Positions 9,057 to 19,306 of a stretch of DNA of 64,000 nucleotides are shown piece by piece. Source of the stretch: Nitrospirota bacterium (GTDB lineage: Bacteria > Nitrospirota > Thermodesulfovibrionia > Thermodesulfovibrionales > SM23-35); the NCBI GenBank assembly GCA_040756135.1, contig JBFLZS010000002.1, forward strand, positions 15,949 through 79,948. The letters are read 5' to 3'. A program made the position numbers and the translations under genes. A model generated the notes under the pieces. It had not been told where the DNA came from. It ran no database searches and saw only the letters and a program-made list of their open reading frames with translations. Position 1 is the stretch's first letter; each line of letters begins with the position of its first letter.

Positions 9057-9121
9057 AAAATGTAACAACAATAAATGCGTTTGTATTAGATAGTAGGTTT
9101 TGTAGCATAAAAACATGGGAA

Positions 9122-9784
9122 ATGGATAAATCAATAAAACAGCAGGTAAAGGATCTTCTGGAAAAGAGAGATTATGATCGCCTGCTCGATTTGTGTGATA
9201 AAGACAGGCACTTCTGGAAAGAACTTCGTTTTTGCCTTTACGATATCAATGAAAGTATACGCTGGCCGGCCATTGAAGCTGTGGCCAAGTTGATGCAACG
9301 CTGGTGGAAGTCAGGGCAAAAAGACAGGGTGCGAGAGTATATTAGAAATCTTTTCTGGTCAATAACCGACGAATCTGGCGGGATTGGCTGGAGTTCTCCC
9401 CAGACTATTGCCGAAATTATCGCGAAAATTCCCGAATTGCTTGATCCCTATAGAAGTGTGATGATTGCCCATGCCTTCGAGGAATTACCCTTAATAAGGT
9501 CTGGACTCTGGGGGATTGGGAGATTGGGCAAAGAAATAACCGATGCAGTGGATTTTTTCCAAGGCAAGGTATTGGCAGCCTTCCAGAGTGAAGATGCTGA
9601 AACCCTTGGCGTTGCAGCATGGGCAATGGGTGAGGTAGGATTTAGACCTGCCCTTCCTCTTCTAAAAAAATTGTTAGAACGTAATGAACATGTGCGGATT
9701 TATATTGAGGGCGTCTTCTGTGAGAAACCTTTAGGACAGTGGGTAAAGGAAGCTATTAATAAAATAAATCTAAACCATAAATAA
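9122..9784 (+). CDS. HEAT-repeat protein (recalls the 'DVU0298 family')
   Basis: 220-aa all-helical repeat sequence (..[12 protein letters not shown].., ..GLWGIGRLG.., ..AAWAMGEVG..). The family name is from memory, not a search. Confidence 0.45.
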   Translation: MDKSIKQQVKDLLEKRDYDRLLDLCDKDRHFWKELRFCLYDINESIRWPAIEAVAKLMQRWWKSGQKDRVREYIRNLFWSITDESGGIGWSSPQTIAEIIAKIPELLDPYRSVMIAHAFEELPLIRSGLWGIGRLGKEITDAVDFFQGKVLAAFQSEDAETLGVAAWAMGEVGFRPALPLLKKLLERNEHVRIYIEGVFCEKPLGQWVKEAINKINLNHK

Positions 9785-9797
9785 GGAGGAAAATAGG

Positions 9798-10382
9798 ATG
9801 AAAGAAACAATCGAGAATCTAACAAAGGCATTTATTGGTGAGAGTCAGGCAAGAAACCGGTACACTTTTTATTCGAAGATTGCCCAGAAAGAAGGTTTTG
9901 AGCAGATTGCAGAGGTCTTTCTTATAACGGCAGATAATGAAAGGGAACATGCAAAGTGGCTGTTCAGGTTAATCAATGATTTGAAGAGCAAAGGCAGTGA
10001 AAATCTTGATGAAATAACTGTTGAAGCATTAGCGCCGACAACGCTCGGGGATACTGCTGAAAATCTAAGGGCAGCGATTGCAGGGGAGCACTATGAAAAT
10101 ACCAAGATGTATCCGGAATTTGCAGATGTTGCTGAAAATGAGGGGTTCCCGGAGATTGCCAGACGATTGAGGGCGATTGCCAAAGCAGAAGAACATCATG
10201 AAGAAAGATACAAGAAATTGTTAAAGGAGGTCGAAGTCAATACCGTATTCAGGAAAAGCAGAAAGATCCATTGGGTATGCAGAAAATGCGGATACATACA
10301 TGAAGATGAGGAACCACCAAAGAAATGTCCCTCGTGCGACCACGAATCAAACTATTTTGAGATTAAATGTGAAGAATTTTGA
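9798..10382 (+). CDS. rbr: Rubrerythrin
   Basis: It has an N-terminal diiron four-helix bundle ([28 protein letters not shown]) and a C-terminal rubredoxin-like CRKCG...CPSC. Confidence 0.9.
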   Translation: MKETIENLTKAFIGESQARNRYTFYSKIAQKEGFEQIAEVFLITADNEREHAKWLFRLINDLKSKGSENLDEITVEALAPTTLGDTAENLRAAIAGEHYENTKMYPEFADVAENEGFPEIARRLRAIAKAEEHHEERYKKLLKEVEVNTVFRKSRKIHWVCRKCGYIHEDEEPPKKCPSCDHESNYFEIKCEEF

Positions 10383-10385
10383 GCA

Positions 10386-11060
10386 ATGACTATTGAAATA
10401 GTTCTTCTTATATTAGAATCCGTACTACTTGTTGCGACTATCATACTTCTCCTTTATAGTCTTAAAGAAGGAAGAGGCAGAAAGGATCTTTTGATGGAAG
10501 TAGGGAAGGCAACAAAAATACTTACACGCCAGGAGTATTTTCTGATAGTTAACGATTCTATGACAGATGCAAAAGCTGAAATTTTAGGGTTTATTACAGG
10601 CAGATTTCCAGCAGGAGATGATAATAGGAGGGTAAAGGATATTACAAATAATATCGAGAAAATAAATAAGAGCGGTGTAAAGGTAAAATATCTTATACCA
10701 AAGTTTCACGATAGACTACATATAGGGTATCTTTATACAAAGGCCGGGGCCGAGGTGCGATATAGCAGATGTGCTATTGCGAATAATATTCGCTTTATAA
10801 TAGTGGATGACAAATTAGTTGTCATGGGCATTCCTGAAAGCATTGGTGAAAAAGAGGCTACACGAAAAGGATACAGGATCCCTTCTGAAGGTCTTGCTTC
10901 AATACTTAAGGATTATTTTTATGAATGCTGGGAGGGAAGTACAATTTACGAAGAATACATAAGGGAGGTTGTCAAGCAAACCGGAGTAAAACCAAAATTA
11001 CTTGAGGAAGAGCTACAAATAGATGAAAAGGAACTGGAAAGGATTGCCAAGAATAAATGA
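10386..11060 (+). CDS. Membrane-anchored hypothetical protein
   Basis: 224-aa ORF with one N-terminal TM helix. It starts 4 nt after the rbr stop. No family is recognised with confidence. Confidence 0.45.
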   Translation: MTIEIVLLILESVLLVATIILLLYSLKEGRGRKDLLMEVGKATKILTRQEYFLIVNDSMTDAKAEILGFITGRFPAGDDNRRVKDITNNIEKINKSGVKVKYLIPKFHDRLHIGYLYTKAGAEVRYSRCAIANNIRFIIVDDKLVVMGIPESIGEKEATRKGYRIPSEGLASILKDYFYECWEGSTIYEEYIREVVKQTGVKPKLLEEELQIDEKELERIAKNK

Positions 11061-11085
11061 TCTCTAATCAAAAAAGGAGGGAAAT

Positions 11086-11580
11086 ATGTCAAAAACTGAA
11101 AAGAATCTTCAGGATGCATTTTCAGGCGAATCACAGGCAAATAGAAGGTACATTGCCTTTGCAAAAAAGGCTGAGTCAGAAGGATATAAACAGGTTGCAA
11201 AACTCTTCAGGGCCGCTGCAGAGGCTGAAACCGTTCATGCATTAAATCACTTGAAAGAGCTTGGTGGAATTAAGAGCACAAAAGAAAACCTCGAAGCAGC
11301 AATTAACGGAGAGACATACGAGTTCATGAAAATGTATCCTCAGATGATTGAAGATGCTAAGGCTGAAGGTAAAAAGGCTGCTTTAAAAAGTTTTTCCTTT
11401 GCTAATGAGGTAGAAAAGATTCACGCAGGCCTTTATAAGAAGGCCCTTGAAAATTTAGGTAAAAATCCCGAGGTAGATTATTATGTATGCCAGGTCTGTG
11501 GAAATACAGTAGAAGGAGAGCCACCAGATAAATGCCCCATATGTGGCGCTCTGAAAAAGATGTTCAAAAAGATTGGGTAA
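11086..11580 (+). CDS. rbr: Rubrerythrin (short form)
   Basis: It has ESQANRRY.., ETVHALNH.., GETYEF.. and a C-terminal CQVCG..CPICG. The RBS is AAGGAGGGAAATATG. Confidence 0.9.
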   Translation: MSKTEKNLQDAFSGESQANRRYIAFAKKAESEGYKQVAKLFRAAAEAETVHALNHLKELGGIKSTKENLEAAINGETYEFMKMYPQMIEDAKAEGKKAALKSFSFANEVEKIHAGLYKKALENLGKNPEVDYYVCQVCGNTVEGEPPDKCPICGALKKMFKKIG

Positions 11581-11581
11581 T

Positions 11582-12154
11582 ATGAAAATCATTGCGTTTC
11601 TTGGAAGCCCAAGAAAGGATGGGAACACAGAACTTCTTCTTAAGGAAACAATTAAATGCATTGAGGAGTCAGGATTAAACGTTCTCCTTTTTAATCTGAA
11701 TCTCATGAACATCTCGCCTTGCCAGAATTGCGGAGGTTGTGATGATACAGGTATATGTATAAATGAAGATGATATGACTCAAATATATGATGCAATAAGG
11801 ACTGCTGACAGGGTTATTCTTGCATCACCAATCTTTTTCTTTGGCATCAGTGCTCAGGCAAAAATAATGATAGACAGATGCCAGTGCTTCTGGTGTGAGA
11901 AATATTTATTAAAAAAACCGATATTAGAAGGCCATTACGGGAGAAAAGGGCTTTTATTAGTAGTTGGTGGACAAAAAAAGGAAATCGGGATTCAATGTGC
12001 AGAGGCAACAGCAAAGGCATTCTTCAGAACAATCAGCATCCCTGAACATAAGACATTGGGCTATCTGGGAATAGACGCAAAAGGTACAATTCTACAACAC
12101 CCAACAGCACTCAGAGAGGCATATGAGGCAGGGAAGGAATTGGTTAAGATATAA
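11582..12154 (+). CDS. Iron-sulfur flavoprotein / NADPH-dependent FMN reductase family
   Basis: It has MKIIAFLGSPRKDGNTE (flavodoxin-like) plus a compact Cys cluster, CQNCGGCDDTGIC. I prefer the ATG at 11582 over the TTG at 11573. Confidence 0.75.
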   Translation: MKIIAFLGSPRKDGNTELLLKETIKCIEESGLNVLLFNLNLMNISPCQNCGGCDDTGICINEDDMTQIYDAIRTADRVILASPIFFFGISAQAKIMIDRCQCFWCEKYLLKKPILEGHYGRKGLLLVVGGQKKEIGIQCAEATAKAFFRTISIPEHKTLGYLGIDAKGTILQHPTALREAYEAGKELVKI

Positions 12155-12159
12155 ATCGG

Positions 12160-13155
12160 TCAGACCCTCTTCCATCTTCTATGGATCCAGAGCCATTCAG
12201 AGGGATGGGCACGTATGTATTCTTCAATGAAATGTGAGAATTTTTTTGTATCCGCCAGTACAGCACTTTCTATATCGCCATTTTTTGATAATTCTACCTC
12301 TGGATAAATTTTTATCCTGTGGCCTCCATCAGTCCTGTGTATGAATACAGGCAGGACTGCGGCACCTGTCTTTCTTGCTATAAGGGCAGGCATTTTTGTT
12401 GTCCATGCACCCCTGCCTAAAAAATCTATCACATAGCCTTCATCAGGGATAACAGACTGGTCTATCAATATGCCTACAGAGCCATTATTCTTAAGTATTT
12501 GAATTATGGGTTTTAATGCCTTTTGCTTGTAAATTACTCTGTTACCATATTTCTGTCTTACATTTTCAATAAATTTATTAACATAAGGATTATTAATCGG
12601 TCTTGCAACAATAGCAGCATCTCCAAGCTTTACAGATGTAGCGATTGCCATTAACTCCCAGTTTCCACAGTGGCCTGTTAAGAATAAAATTCCTTTACCT
12701 TTAGATTTGGCCTGATCGAAGTTTTCAATGCCCTCGATATCAACGGAACTTATTATTTTTTCACCATACCCGTAATAGATTTTTATGATCTCTACAAGAG
12801 ACCTGCCAAGATTCTTAAAGGTTTCCCTTGCAATACCCTCCGCTGAATAATTAATCCCCCCATGCCCCCCTTTAAAATCCCCCTCTAATCCCCCTTTAAT
12901 AAAGGGGGACTGAGGGGGATTATCCCTTTTCCAAAGGGGGGTGTGGGGGGATTCAGGGGGATTTGACTCCTGACTCTTGAGTAATGACTCTTTGATATTC
13001 TCAATAGCAATCCTTCTCCTGCTTCCCCATAGATAAAAAACCAAAAGGCCGAGTAACTCCCCGGCCTTCATTGACCACTTAAATGGCAGGATTGCTAACG
13101 GTATGGACAGAATTATAAATAGACAAACCTCAAACAGCCATACCGCTTTTTTCAT
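12160..13155 (-). CDS. Lysophospholipid / lipid A (LpxL/HtrB-like) acyltransferase
   Basis: It has an N-terminal TM helix and the HX4(D/E) motif LTGHCGNWELM. The family C-terminus is HPSEWLWIHRRWK. It contains a 110-nt triple repeat insertion. Confidence 0.8.
   Translation of the reverse strand: MKKAVWLFEVCLFIILSIPLAILPFKWSMKAGELLGLLVFYLWGSRRRIAIENIKESLLKSQESNPPESPHTPLWKRDNPPQSPFIKGGLEGDFKGGHGGINYSAEGIARETFKNLGRSLVEIIKIYYGYGEKIISSVDIEGIENFDQAKSKGKGILFLTGHCGNWELMAIATSVKLGDAAIVARPINNPYVNKFIENVRQKYGNRVIYKQKALKPIIQILKNNGSVGILIDQSVIPDEGYVIDFLGRGAWTTKMPALIARKTGAAVLPVFIHRTDGGHRIKIYPEVELSKNGDIESAVLADTKKFSHFIEEYIRAHPSEWLWIHRRWKRV
12853..12963. repeat. Three tandem G/C palindromic 'KGG' units inside the acyltransferase CDS
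   Basis: It spans aatcccccccatgcccccctttaaaatccccctctaatccccctttaataaagggggactgagggggatt...ccaaaggggggtgtggggggattcagggggatt. It is translated in frame as NPPESPHTPLWKRDNPPQSPFIKGGLEGDFKGGHGGI. Confidence 0.8.
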
Positions 13156-15587
13156 TTATTCTTTTGTTTTTCCTCTTTTTCTTCCTCTTTTTCCTCTTCC
13201 TTTTCCTTCTTCTTTTCCAGCGCCTCTGATATTTCTGTAAGACGTTTTACTACAAGATAGTTAATAGTGCCTTCAGGATATGTTCCGTCATCCCTGAGTT
13301 CTCCCGTCTGCATCCCTGTAAAAATCTCTAAACCCTCTTCTACCCTCTCGATCGGATGGATAAAGAACTTTCCCTCCTTTACAGCATCTACCACATCCCT
13401 CTTTAGCATCAGGTTCTTAATATTTCTCGCAGGTATTATCACGCCATTAGTCCCGTCAAGACCTGTAAACCTGCAAAGGTCAAAAAAGCCTTCTATCTTT
13501 TCGTTTATTCCACCAACAGGTTGAACCTCGCCGTTCTGGTCCATCGAGCCTGTAACTGCTATACTCTGTTTTAATGGAACCCCTGAGATACTACTAATAA
13601 GTGCATAAAGTTCAGCACATGAAGCACTATCACCTTCGACCATTTCGTACAATTGCTCAAATGTAATAGATGCTGACAGACTCATTGGTTTTTTTGTTGC
13701 ATATCTGCTCCCAAGGTAGTTTGTGATTGTCAGGATGGCCTTTTCATGTATCCTGCCACTCATCTTCGTCTCTCTCTCTATATTCACAACACCTGCCTTG
13801 CCTGTATACGTCTTCGCTGTTATCCTCGAGGGTCTTCCAAAACTGTAGTCGCCTAAGTCAATCACAGCAAGACCATTAATCTGCCCTATCTTCTCTCCTG
13901 CTGTATCAACAATTATAGTCCCTTCTAAGATCATCTCCCTTAAGCGTTCCTCAATCCTGTTTGTTCTGAAGATTCTCTCATCTATAGCCTTCTGGACATG
14001 CTTATCGCTAACAATATTGCTATCAGCCCTTGATGCCCAGTAGCTTGCCTCTCTCAAGATGTCAGCAATATCGCTGAATCTCGAAGATAACTTGTTTTGA
14101 TGATCTGCAAGCCTCGAACTAAACTCGACAACCTTTGCTACGCCAGTCCTGTCAAAAGGAAGGAGTTTTTCTTCTCTACACATATTAGCAACAAAAGAAG
14201 CGTACCTATGAATATTCTCATCTGTCCTATCCATCCTGCTGTCAAAATCAGCCTTAACCTTAAAAAGCTCTCTGTACTCTTCATCGAGGTTGTAAAGCAG
14301 ATAGTAGAGATATGGGTTTCCTACGAGTATAACCTTGACATCGAGTGGGATAGCCTCAGGCTTAAGGGTCGTTGTTGATATCAGCCTGTATTGCTCCCAG
14401 ACGTCCTCTATCTTTACCTCCTTATTCCTGATAGCGCGTTTCAATGCATCATAGGCAAAGATATTCCTCAAAAGGTCAAGGGCGTTGATTACAATGTAAC
14501 CGCCGTTGGCCTTGTGCAAGGAGCCAGCCTTTATCATTGAAAAATCCGTTATTGCGATCCCAAATTGTATTTTATGCTCAATCCTTCCGAAGAGGTTATA
14601 ATAAGTTGGATTGCTTTCAAATATACACGGCGCCCCCTTGCAATCTTTGTTGTTAACGAGGACATTTGCGGTAAACCTCGTGAATGTAGGTTCTGTCTTG
14701 GGGAGCTTCATAAACGGCAATTGAGGTGGCTGTTCTTCCTGAGGTTTGAAATCGTCGAGGTGTTCAAGGACGTCTTCCTTTACATCCTCTAAATATGTTG
14801 TAATCTTCTCGTGACCCCTGTACTTGTTCTTTAGTTCATCAATGGGATGGCCTACAGAAGCAAGGGCTGCTTCCTTCTCGAGCCTTCCCATTGCTTCCTT
14901 GACCATCTTTTCACTTTCCCGCGCCAAGCGTACTACGTCATTAAGCTTCTCTTGAAGAGTCCTTCCTATCTCGTCTATCTTCTTCCTTGTCTTCTCATCA
15001 AGTAACTCGTACTCCTCCTCTGTTAGTGGTTCCCCTGTCTTTTTTACCGGTACTATTATCAGGCCGCTGACTGTTTTACGGACCGAAAAACCTTTTCCCT
15101 GAGCCTCTTCCTCGAGGCTGGAAAAAATCTCTTTCTGTTGTTTCTGAGACTCCTCTATTATCTTATTTTTCTGTTTCTCATACTCCTTTGATTCGAAGAC
15201 CTTCGGGATTTCTGCTCTTAATATTTTTATAAGTTCTTCCATATCTTTCTGAAATACTACAGCCTTCCCGGGTTCGAGGGAGATGGTTACAGGCACATCG
15301 GGGTCTTTGAAATTGTAAACATAGCACCAGTCCATGGGCACGGGTTCTTTCATAGCCTTTTGTGATAAAAATGATCTTACAGTGGTCATCTTGCCTGTGC
15401 CGTGCTCGCCTAAAAGAAATATATTAAACCCTGTGCTCTCAAGGCTCAGGCCAAAGTCGAGGGCATGCAGAGCCCTCTCCTGACCTATGGTCTCTTTAAG
15501 ATCTGGCAGATCATCGGTTGTATTGAAGGTAAAGATTTCAGGGTCACAAAATTTATAAAGCTTGTCAAAACTTAACCTATCTGGCAT
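13152..15587 (-). CDS. Lon-like ATP-dependent protease (AAA+ with insert, Lon_C protease domain)
   Basis: 811-aa ORF. The Walker A motif is GEHGTGK. The C-terminal Lon protease fold contains GDSASCAELYALISS and ..VTGSMDQNGEVQPVGG. Confidence 0.85.
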   Translation of the reverse strand: MPDRLSFDKLYKFCDPEIFTFNTTDDLPDLKETIGQERALHALDFGLSLESTGFNIFLLGEHGTGKMTTVRSFLSQKAMKEPVPMDWCYVYNFKDPDVPVTISLEPGKAVVFQKDMEELIKILRAEIPKVFESKEYEKQKNKIIEESQKQQKEIFSSLEEEAQGKGFSVRKTVSGLIIVPVKKTGEPLTEEEYELLDEKTRKKIDEIGRTLQEKLNDVVRLARESEKMVKEAMGRLEKEAALASVGHPIDELKNKYRGHEKITTYLEDVKEDVLEHLDDFKPQEEQPPQLPFMKLPKTEPTFTRFTANVLVNNKDCKGAPCIFESNPTYYNLFGRIEHKIQFGIAITDFSMIKAGSLHKANGGYIVINALDLLRNIFAYDALKRAIRNKEVKIEDVWEQYRLISTTTLKPEAIPLDVKVILVGNPYLYYLLYNLDEEYRELFKVKADFDSRMDRTDENIHRYASFVANMCREEKLLPFDRTGVAKVVEFSSRLADHQNKLSSRFSDIADILREASYWASRADSNIVSDKHVQKAIDERIFRTNRIEERLREMILEGTIIVDTAGEKIGQINGLAVIDLGDYSFGRPSRITAKTYTGKAGVVNIERETKMSGRIHEKAILTITNYLGSRYATKKPMSLSASITFEQLYEMVEGDSASCAELYALISSISGVPLKQSIAVTGSMDQNGEVQPVGGINEKIEGFFDLCRFTGLDGTNGVIIPARNIKNLMLKRDVVDAVKEGKFFIHPIERVEEGLEIFTGMQTGELRDDGTYPEGTINYLVVKRLTEISEALEKKKEKEEEKEEEKEEKQKNK

Positions 15588-15646
15588 TTGTTACCTCCAC
15601 AAGAGTTTATTTAGTGTCTGTCCATAAATTGCTATTCAAATAGTCC

Positions 15647-15825
15647 GTCATTCCCCGACTCGATGGGGGGAATCCATGGTTCGACATCCTTCGACAAACT
15701 CAGGATGACATTGTCACTCTGAGCCTGCCGAAGAGTCACCATGACAATGTCACCCTGAGCCTGTCGAAGGGTGGATTGTCCGGTCAAGCGTTCGACTGAG
15801 CTCACGCCGAAGGCCGGACAATGAC
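15647..15825. repeat. Intergenic composite repeat (GTCATTCC...ATGAC type with about 35-nt tandem units)
   Basis: It contains gtcattccccgactcgatggggggaat, then the tandem units gacattgtcactctgagcctgccgaagag and gacaatgtcaccctgagcctgtcgaaggg. The 66-aa track ORF here is repeat-derived. Confidence 0.6.
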
Positions 15826-15930
15826 AAAACATTACTTATAGAAAGACACTATTTAGTTTATAGGGTTTGCTCAGTCCACACAGTTTACACTGTTTTTTTG
15901 TTAGTTTCAACTCGGCCAAGCCCACTTGAA

Positions 15931-18239
15931 TCACGAAACAAAATCAATGGTAATCAGTTTAAGCAGTTCGGGGCTATAGGGCGGGAGTTTTTCTTTTTCC
16001 ATATGTAATTTACCTTCCAGAAATTCTGATATGTCCTTCAGAAGCCTTTTCCAGCTTTTATGATTATTCTTATAATTCCTCCAAACTTCCCTCAGCTTCT
16101 GAAGTCTCTTTTTTGTAAGGCTGACCGATAAGAGCCCTTCTTTTATCCCTTCCCATCTTTTCTCAACTTCTTTATCTTCCGGAAAGTCAAGAAGATACTC
16201 ATCCATCCGAAGATCCATCTCCCTGATAATGCTGGACACAAACTTTTTACTCTTATCACTGGTGAACTCTCCGAGTGTCGGGTCAACTGTTTCTCGTTGC
16301 TCCACTTCTTTATATGTTACCTCTATGTCACGGACTATTTCTGCATTTACTTCATAGACCTTTTCGAAGAAATCAGGTATAACTCCTGTCTCCTCAGGAA
16401 GGCATGCAATGTAATCGAGTATCTTTGTCTTGTTCCTGATCATTTCACCTGTTATAAGGTCATAAAGATACCAGAAGTGAAAATCGTCACCATATTTATA
16501 GTAGAAAAATATCCCCTTTATTCCTCTCTTGAGTCCGCTATGAATTCCGAGGGAATGGATTCCAGTTCTTTTGCGGTCTTTGCCCTTAGATAATCCATTA
16601 ATGGCTGGTAAAATCTTTCACCACCTCCGAAGACCTCCTTCTCTAACTCATCAAAGATTGTCTCGTCCCTTTCTCGAATTCTTCTTATAATTCCGAATAC
16701 CTTTGGATTTACTTCTTCTCCTAAAACAGAGGGTCTTCAGACACATTCTGAAAAATATAATCCAGCGTATCAGCATAGTATGTGAAGATAACAACCTGTC
16801 CTTTTTTACTCAATTCTATAAGTCTTTTCTTCAATTCTTTAAGTTTTGCATCAGCCTCCGGATCTATTGCATCAACCTTTGTGCCCATCTCATTAAAGAT
16901 TTCTATGTCTTTCTCAATATCACCGAGGAGTTCTTCTTTTTTGTAATCTTCGATATTTATATCTTCAAGCTCTTCAAAATACTCCTCGGCAGTTTCTTCA
17001 TCCAGATTAGAAACATATTTATAGTAGGTCTGTTTTGTGAGCAGTTTGCCTTTTTCAAGATAATCCTTTAATCTCTCAAGGAACCTCACATGGTTTGACA
17101 CGCTCTTTCTGAATGCCTCTACACTGCTCTCAAGTCTCTTTAGAAGAATGGTCCTGAAGATACCCTCCAAAGCTATCATCCGTCCCAGAGCCATCTCTTC
17201 AGCCTTGGAAAGTCTTTCTGCTTTCTTGTATTCAAGAATTCGATAATAGGCCATTGTTAACTTTTCACTTATTGTTCGGGAGATATTACTGTAAAGCCCC
17301 TGATATGCTTCATCGAGATGATAATTTATGTTTTCGAGAATCCTTTCCGGGAAGATAATCTTTTCACCGTTTATTTCTGCATCAGGATAATTCTGTTTGA
17401 TATAGTCTCTTGTTCTTCTTATAGATATCTCATTCATAAGATCATTCAAGAGGGTGGGGTCTCCTACCTTATCAATATCCTTAAAAAATCTTAAGATGTC
17501 AGAGATTCCTTCTTTAAGAAAGACCTTCTGGTCTGTACGAGTAAGGAGCATAACCTGCCAGTATAGATCCCATAAGGTATTGTTGATTGGCGTTGCAGTG
17601 AGGAATAGTATATATGGTCTCTCTTTTCCTTCAGTTACATGATCCATGATAAGGGTGAAAAAGTTTTCCCACCGATTGGAGAGAGGATTCCTGAAATTAT
17701 GGCTTTCATCAACAACAATTAAAGAGACCTCTTGAAGTCTTCCGCCAACAGCCTGTCTTGCTTTTTTGAGAAAGTCAGTCGAAGCAAGCTCTTCCTGTGA
17801 TAAAATGCTTTCAGCAAGAATCAGGTCTTTTACAGCATCTCTCCACATGCCTCTCAACTGGGCAGGACAGACCACGAGAAACCTCCTTCTCTTGTAAAAG
17901 CCGAATTCTTCTATTACTCTTTTAGCTATCCAGGTTTTGCCCAATCCCACAGAGTCTGCTACCTTTCTCCTTAGAAAGGTCAAATCCCTCAACCTCTTCC
18001 CTTATCATCTTCAGGAGAACACTTCCAAGTGTTGTTTCACTCCTTATCTCAGGAGCCCTTCCCAGCAGAAGCCGAAAACCTTTTACCCCCTGGATGCTAT
18101 CCTTTATTAAGGCATAGGCCTGGATTTTAAAGAAGGCCGTGGCTATATCAAACTGGGTATTGGGGATTTCCTGAAGAACGCTGTTGAGGAAAGCAGAGAG
18201 TTTTACATCACTGTTGTCTATGATTTTCTTTGGTATCAC
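15931..18239 (-). pseudogene. PLD-like/SNF2-family helicase, degraded (frameshifts plus internal deletions)
   Basis: Fragments lie in at least 4 frames. The first is a PLD-like N-terminus (17922-18239, ..FDIATAFFKIQAYALI..FRLLLG). The second is the SNF2 N-lobe (16721-17992, VADSVGLGKTW, VVDESHNFRN). The LRPYQ region is missing and there is no HELICc motif IV-VI. The tail is split between 16532-16738 (..FGIIRRIRERDETIF..) and 15931-16520 (GIFFYYKYGDDFHFWYLYDL..). Confidence 0.7.
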
Positions 18240-18368
18240 CTTATTAATTCACCTTCAAGTATTACTTTGATATCTTTGACATCTTGATTGCACTTGACAT
18301 CTTGATATCATTATGTCATATTATAAATAGCTAATCAGGCGGCGACTGAGTCATTCGGGCGCCGCTTT

Positions 18369-19121
18369 TCATTTTTGTTTATCCTTAGGAAGAATCACAA
18401 GACCAAATCCCATATAACGCCCCTTCGTATTTCTTCTAAACTTCTTTTCGATAACGTTCCAGTCCTGTTTTGGATTTTTACCAAGGATGCGGCGGCCTAT
18501 GGGAGACACAATGAGATCCGCGATCTGGAGTCCAGCCACATCTTTTCTCTTATTACGGACATGCAAGTCGGAAATATGCCTTCTAACATCAGAAGCTGAT
18601 ATGAAACCTGTACCACTTGTTCTTAGCTCCATCCAGGCAAGGCGAAGCTGGTTGTCAAGAGTCTCATCCCGTGTTTCAGCTATTATATGACCTTGAGAAC
18701 CACCTCCCCTTTGCTGAATCTCAAACACAAATCGTTCTATCAATACTCGTAGCGAAAGCATATAAGGGTCTAAGGCTGCCAGACCATATTGAGCCAAATG
18801 CTCATTTTTTTTAATAACACATGCAATAACCATATAATCAAGCTCGTCCATTAATTGATTTGTCTCAGTGTAAAAACGTTCTCTGAACGCTTTATCAGTC
18901 AGCTTCCGAAATACCCCTCTTCGTCTTACTATGTCAGCAGTATGCAAAATAAAATCGTCTCTGCCGAACAAATCCATTTTATATTTCCTTAGCCTCGGCG
19001 TCAAAATGTTTTCATGATAATCCATATCTATTATGCAGCCGCCGAGAACAAATAAAGGATACTGCGGGTCTATCACATCCAGGCTGTGGTCTCCAGATTC
19101 ATCCAAAAACATTGCAAGCAT
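18369..19121 (-). CDS. DUF3800-domain protein (intact)
   Basis: 250-aa ORF. It has MFLDESGDHSL.. N-terminal and ..IAETRDE.. / LQIADLI motifs, typical of DUF3800. Confidence 0.75.
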   Translation of the reverse strand: MLAMFLDESGDHSLDVIDPQYPLFVLGGCIIDMDYHENILTPRLRKYKMDLFGRDDFILHTADIVRRRGVFRKLTDKAFRERFYTETNQLMDELDYMVIACVIKKNEHLAQYGLAALDPYMLSLRVLIERFVFEIQQRGGGSQGHIIAETRDETLDNQLRLAWMELRTSGTGFISASDVRRHISDLHVRNKRKDVAGLQIADLIVSPIGRRILGKNPKQDWNVIEKKFRRNTKGRYMGFGLVILPKDKQK

Positions 19122-19196
19122 TTACACACTCCTGACCTTTTCAATGCTAAAGTTCAAACTCATATTTCCGCTTTCATCGAGGTATAGATAGAGCAT
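19122..19196 (-). pseudogene. 24-codon relic: DUF3800 5' end fused to an MTase-like 3' end
   Basis: It encodes MLYLYLDESGNMSLNFSIEKVRSV*. Positions 19168-19196 match 20332-20360 at 27 of 29 nt. The last 12 nt plus the stop match 21472-21483, the 3' end of the methyltransferase pseudogene. Confidence 0.5.
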
Positions 19197-19306
19197 TATT
19201 CTTTTTTTCTCTCGCAACTACAACCCTCTCACTGTAGATAAGTGCGGAGTTCATTCGCCGCCTACTACACTTTGTATGATGATTTAATTGCCTCCACTAT
19301 TCATAA

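Noticed and set aside
15632-15832. 66-aa ORF (..RQAQGDIVMVTLRQAQSDNVILSLSKD..)
   Set aside because: It lies entirely within tandem/inverted intergenic repeats. The peptide is the typical translation artefact of this repeat class, and there is no RBS.
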